From an uncultured virus (IMG/VR IMGVR_UViG_3300030376_007335) (Duplodnaviria; Heunggongvirae; Uroviricota; Caudoviricetes), in IMG/VR virus record IMGVR_UViG_3300030376_007335, positions 1 through 64,000 of that record: a stretch of DNA of 64,000 bases. The stretch is one strand, 5' to 3'. A program made the position numbers and the translations under genes. Shown piece by piece: positions 62,998-64,000 of this stretch (position 1 is its first letter; every line of letters starts with the position of its first letter). Under the pieces are notes generated by a model. The model was given only the letters and a program-made list of their open reading frames with translations, was not told where the DNA came from and did no database searches.

Positions 62998-63134
62998 ATG
63001 ATTTAGTTTCAATTAGAAAACGTCTTCAGAAGAAGATCAGACTGCATGATGCACAGTTTTTAATAGCATCAAGATCACATTGTTTTAATGTGTCATCTCA
63101 TCGACTTCCTCATAAGAAAAAGGTAGCTTTGTAG
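62994..63134 (+). CDS. Small basic protein (46 aa, not in ORF track)
   Basis: ATGA coupling, SD AAGGAG; MNDLVSIRKRLQKKIRLHDAQ. Confidence 0.65.
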   Translation: MNDLVSIRKRLQKKIRLHDAQFLIASRSHCFNVSSHRLPHKKKVAL

Positions 63135-63145
63135 TTTTGATATTT

Positions 63146-63170
63146 AGCCTCACTTCAGTGGGGCTTTTTT
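63146..63170 (+). terminator. Rho-independent terminator
   Basis: AGCCTCAC-ttca-GTGGGGCT-TTTTT. Confidence 0.8.
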
Positions 63171-63440
63171 AATGTCTAGTACATTTTGTTCTAAGAGAAT
63201 CTTTTTTATTAATTCGTCTCGTTTGTGTCTGTTTGCAGGAAGCGAGTAAAAATTGTCTTTATATATCTCTTTTATTGCTTCCTGACTACTTTCATTAGTC
63301 ATGGTGTTTTTTCGAGTGTTTGTTGCAGGGATTACTGAAGAGTTATTACGTCGTTGCCTAAATTCTGTAGTTTTTTTTTATAGCGTGAGGCAAACTTAAA
63401 CCCCTGTATAATCATATTAAGCCCTATAAGGCTTCTATAT

Positions 63441-63480
63441 ATCCTCAAACCGAGACCAAGGGGATTACGTCTCTCATCAT
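63441..63480 (+). ncRNA. PhotoRC-like structured psbA leader
   Basis: GAGAC...GTCTC stem; loop GGGGAT can pair with upstream ATCCTC; TATAAT at 63407. Confidence 0.55.
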
Positions 63481-63507
63481 ACAAGTTAATCGTACTCTTA
63501 CTTTTCA

Positions 63508-64000
63508 ATGACAACTTCTTCTTTAAAGAAGAGTGGCAGTTTATTGCAAGGATGGGACGAGTTTTGTGAGTGGACTACTTCCACAAACAATCGCATTTAC
63601 GTAGGTTGGTTCGGAGTCCTTATGATTCCTTGCTTACTGACAGCTGCAACTTGTTTCATCGTGGCATTTATTGCTGCTCCTCCCGTCGATATTGACGGTA
63701 TTCGTGAACCTGTAGCAGGTTCTTTTTTATATGGAAACAACATCATCTCAGGAGCTGTTGTTCCCAGCTCAAACGCAATCGGACTGCATTTCTACCCAAT
63801 TTGGGAAGCTGCAACAGTTGATGAATGGCTCTATAACGGAGGACCATATCAACTCGTCATCTTCCACTTCCTCATTGGTATCTCTGCTTACATGGGACGA
63901 CAATGGGAACTTAGTTATCGACTAGGAATGCGCCCTTGGATCTGTGTTGCCTACTCTGCACCAGTATCTGCCGCGTTTGCTGTATTCCTCGTCTATCCTT
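63508..64000 (+). CDS. psbA: Photosystem II D1 protein (5' part, runs off window)
   Basis: Hand translation: [30 protein letters not shown]...[24 protein letters not shown]...[11 protein letters not shown]. Confidence 0.98.
   Translation, partial: MTTSSLKKSGSLLQGWDEFCEWTTSTNNRIYVGWFGVLMIPCLLTAATCFIVAFIAAPPVDIDGIREPVAGSFLYGNNIISGAVVPSSNAIGLHFYPIWEAATVDEWLYNGGPYQLVIFHFLIGISAYMGRQWELSYRLGMRPWICVAYSAPVSAAFAVFLVYP

Noticed and set aside
63332..63514. 60-aa minus-strand ORF
   Set aside because: Antisense to the psbA promoter and leader; no coding features.
63731..63925. 64-aa ORF in the track
   Set aside because: Alternative frame inside psbA.
1..64000. CRISPR array, tRNAs, integrase or IS elements
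   Set aside because: No repeat-spacer periodicity, cloverleaf or recombinase/transposase motif was seen by eye; small RNAs could have been missed.

Overview
AT-rich, gene-dense DNA from a tailed dsDNA cyanophage. The host is probably Prochlorococcus, based on a Prochlorococcus-type psbA, hli genes and a psbN-like gene. Layout: (1) 1-497, non-coding, with helically phased A-tracts and GTTAC/GTAAC repeats; (2) 0.5-7 kb, Gly/Pro-rich low-complexity proteins, probably internal virion or ejection proteins; (3) 7-16 kb, head module with TerS-like gene, TerL, portal, scaffold-like gene overprinted on the last 515 nt of the portal, and major capsid protein; (4) 16-28.5 kb and 43.8-49 kb, tail/fibre genes including three paralogous fibre+chaperone pairs; (5) 28.5-43.8 kb, accessory genes including a thermonuclease, Dps, a 2OG-Fe(II) oxygenase, an NblA-like gene, four enzyme folds with altered catalytic motifs, and a candidate origin; (6) 49-50.5 kb, psbN-like, hli and outer-membrane protein genes; (7) 50.5-62 kb, minus-strand replication module (prim-pol/SF3 helicase, PD-(D/E)XK exonuclease, Gp157-like, SSB, family A DNA polymerase) plus a second NblA-like gene; (8) 62.8-64 kb, an NtcA-boxed DUF4278-like pair and the 5' part of psbA. 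I saw no tape measure, sheath, RNA polymerase, integrase, reverse transcriptase, tRNA or CRISPR array. There are two short N gaps (19941-19952, 28946-28955). All family calls come from recognising motifs by eye; no database searches were run.
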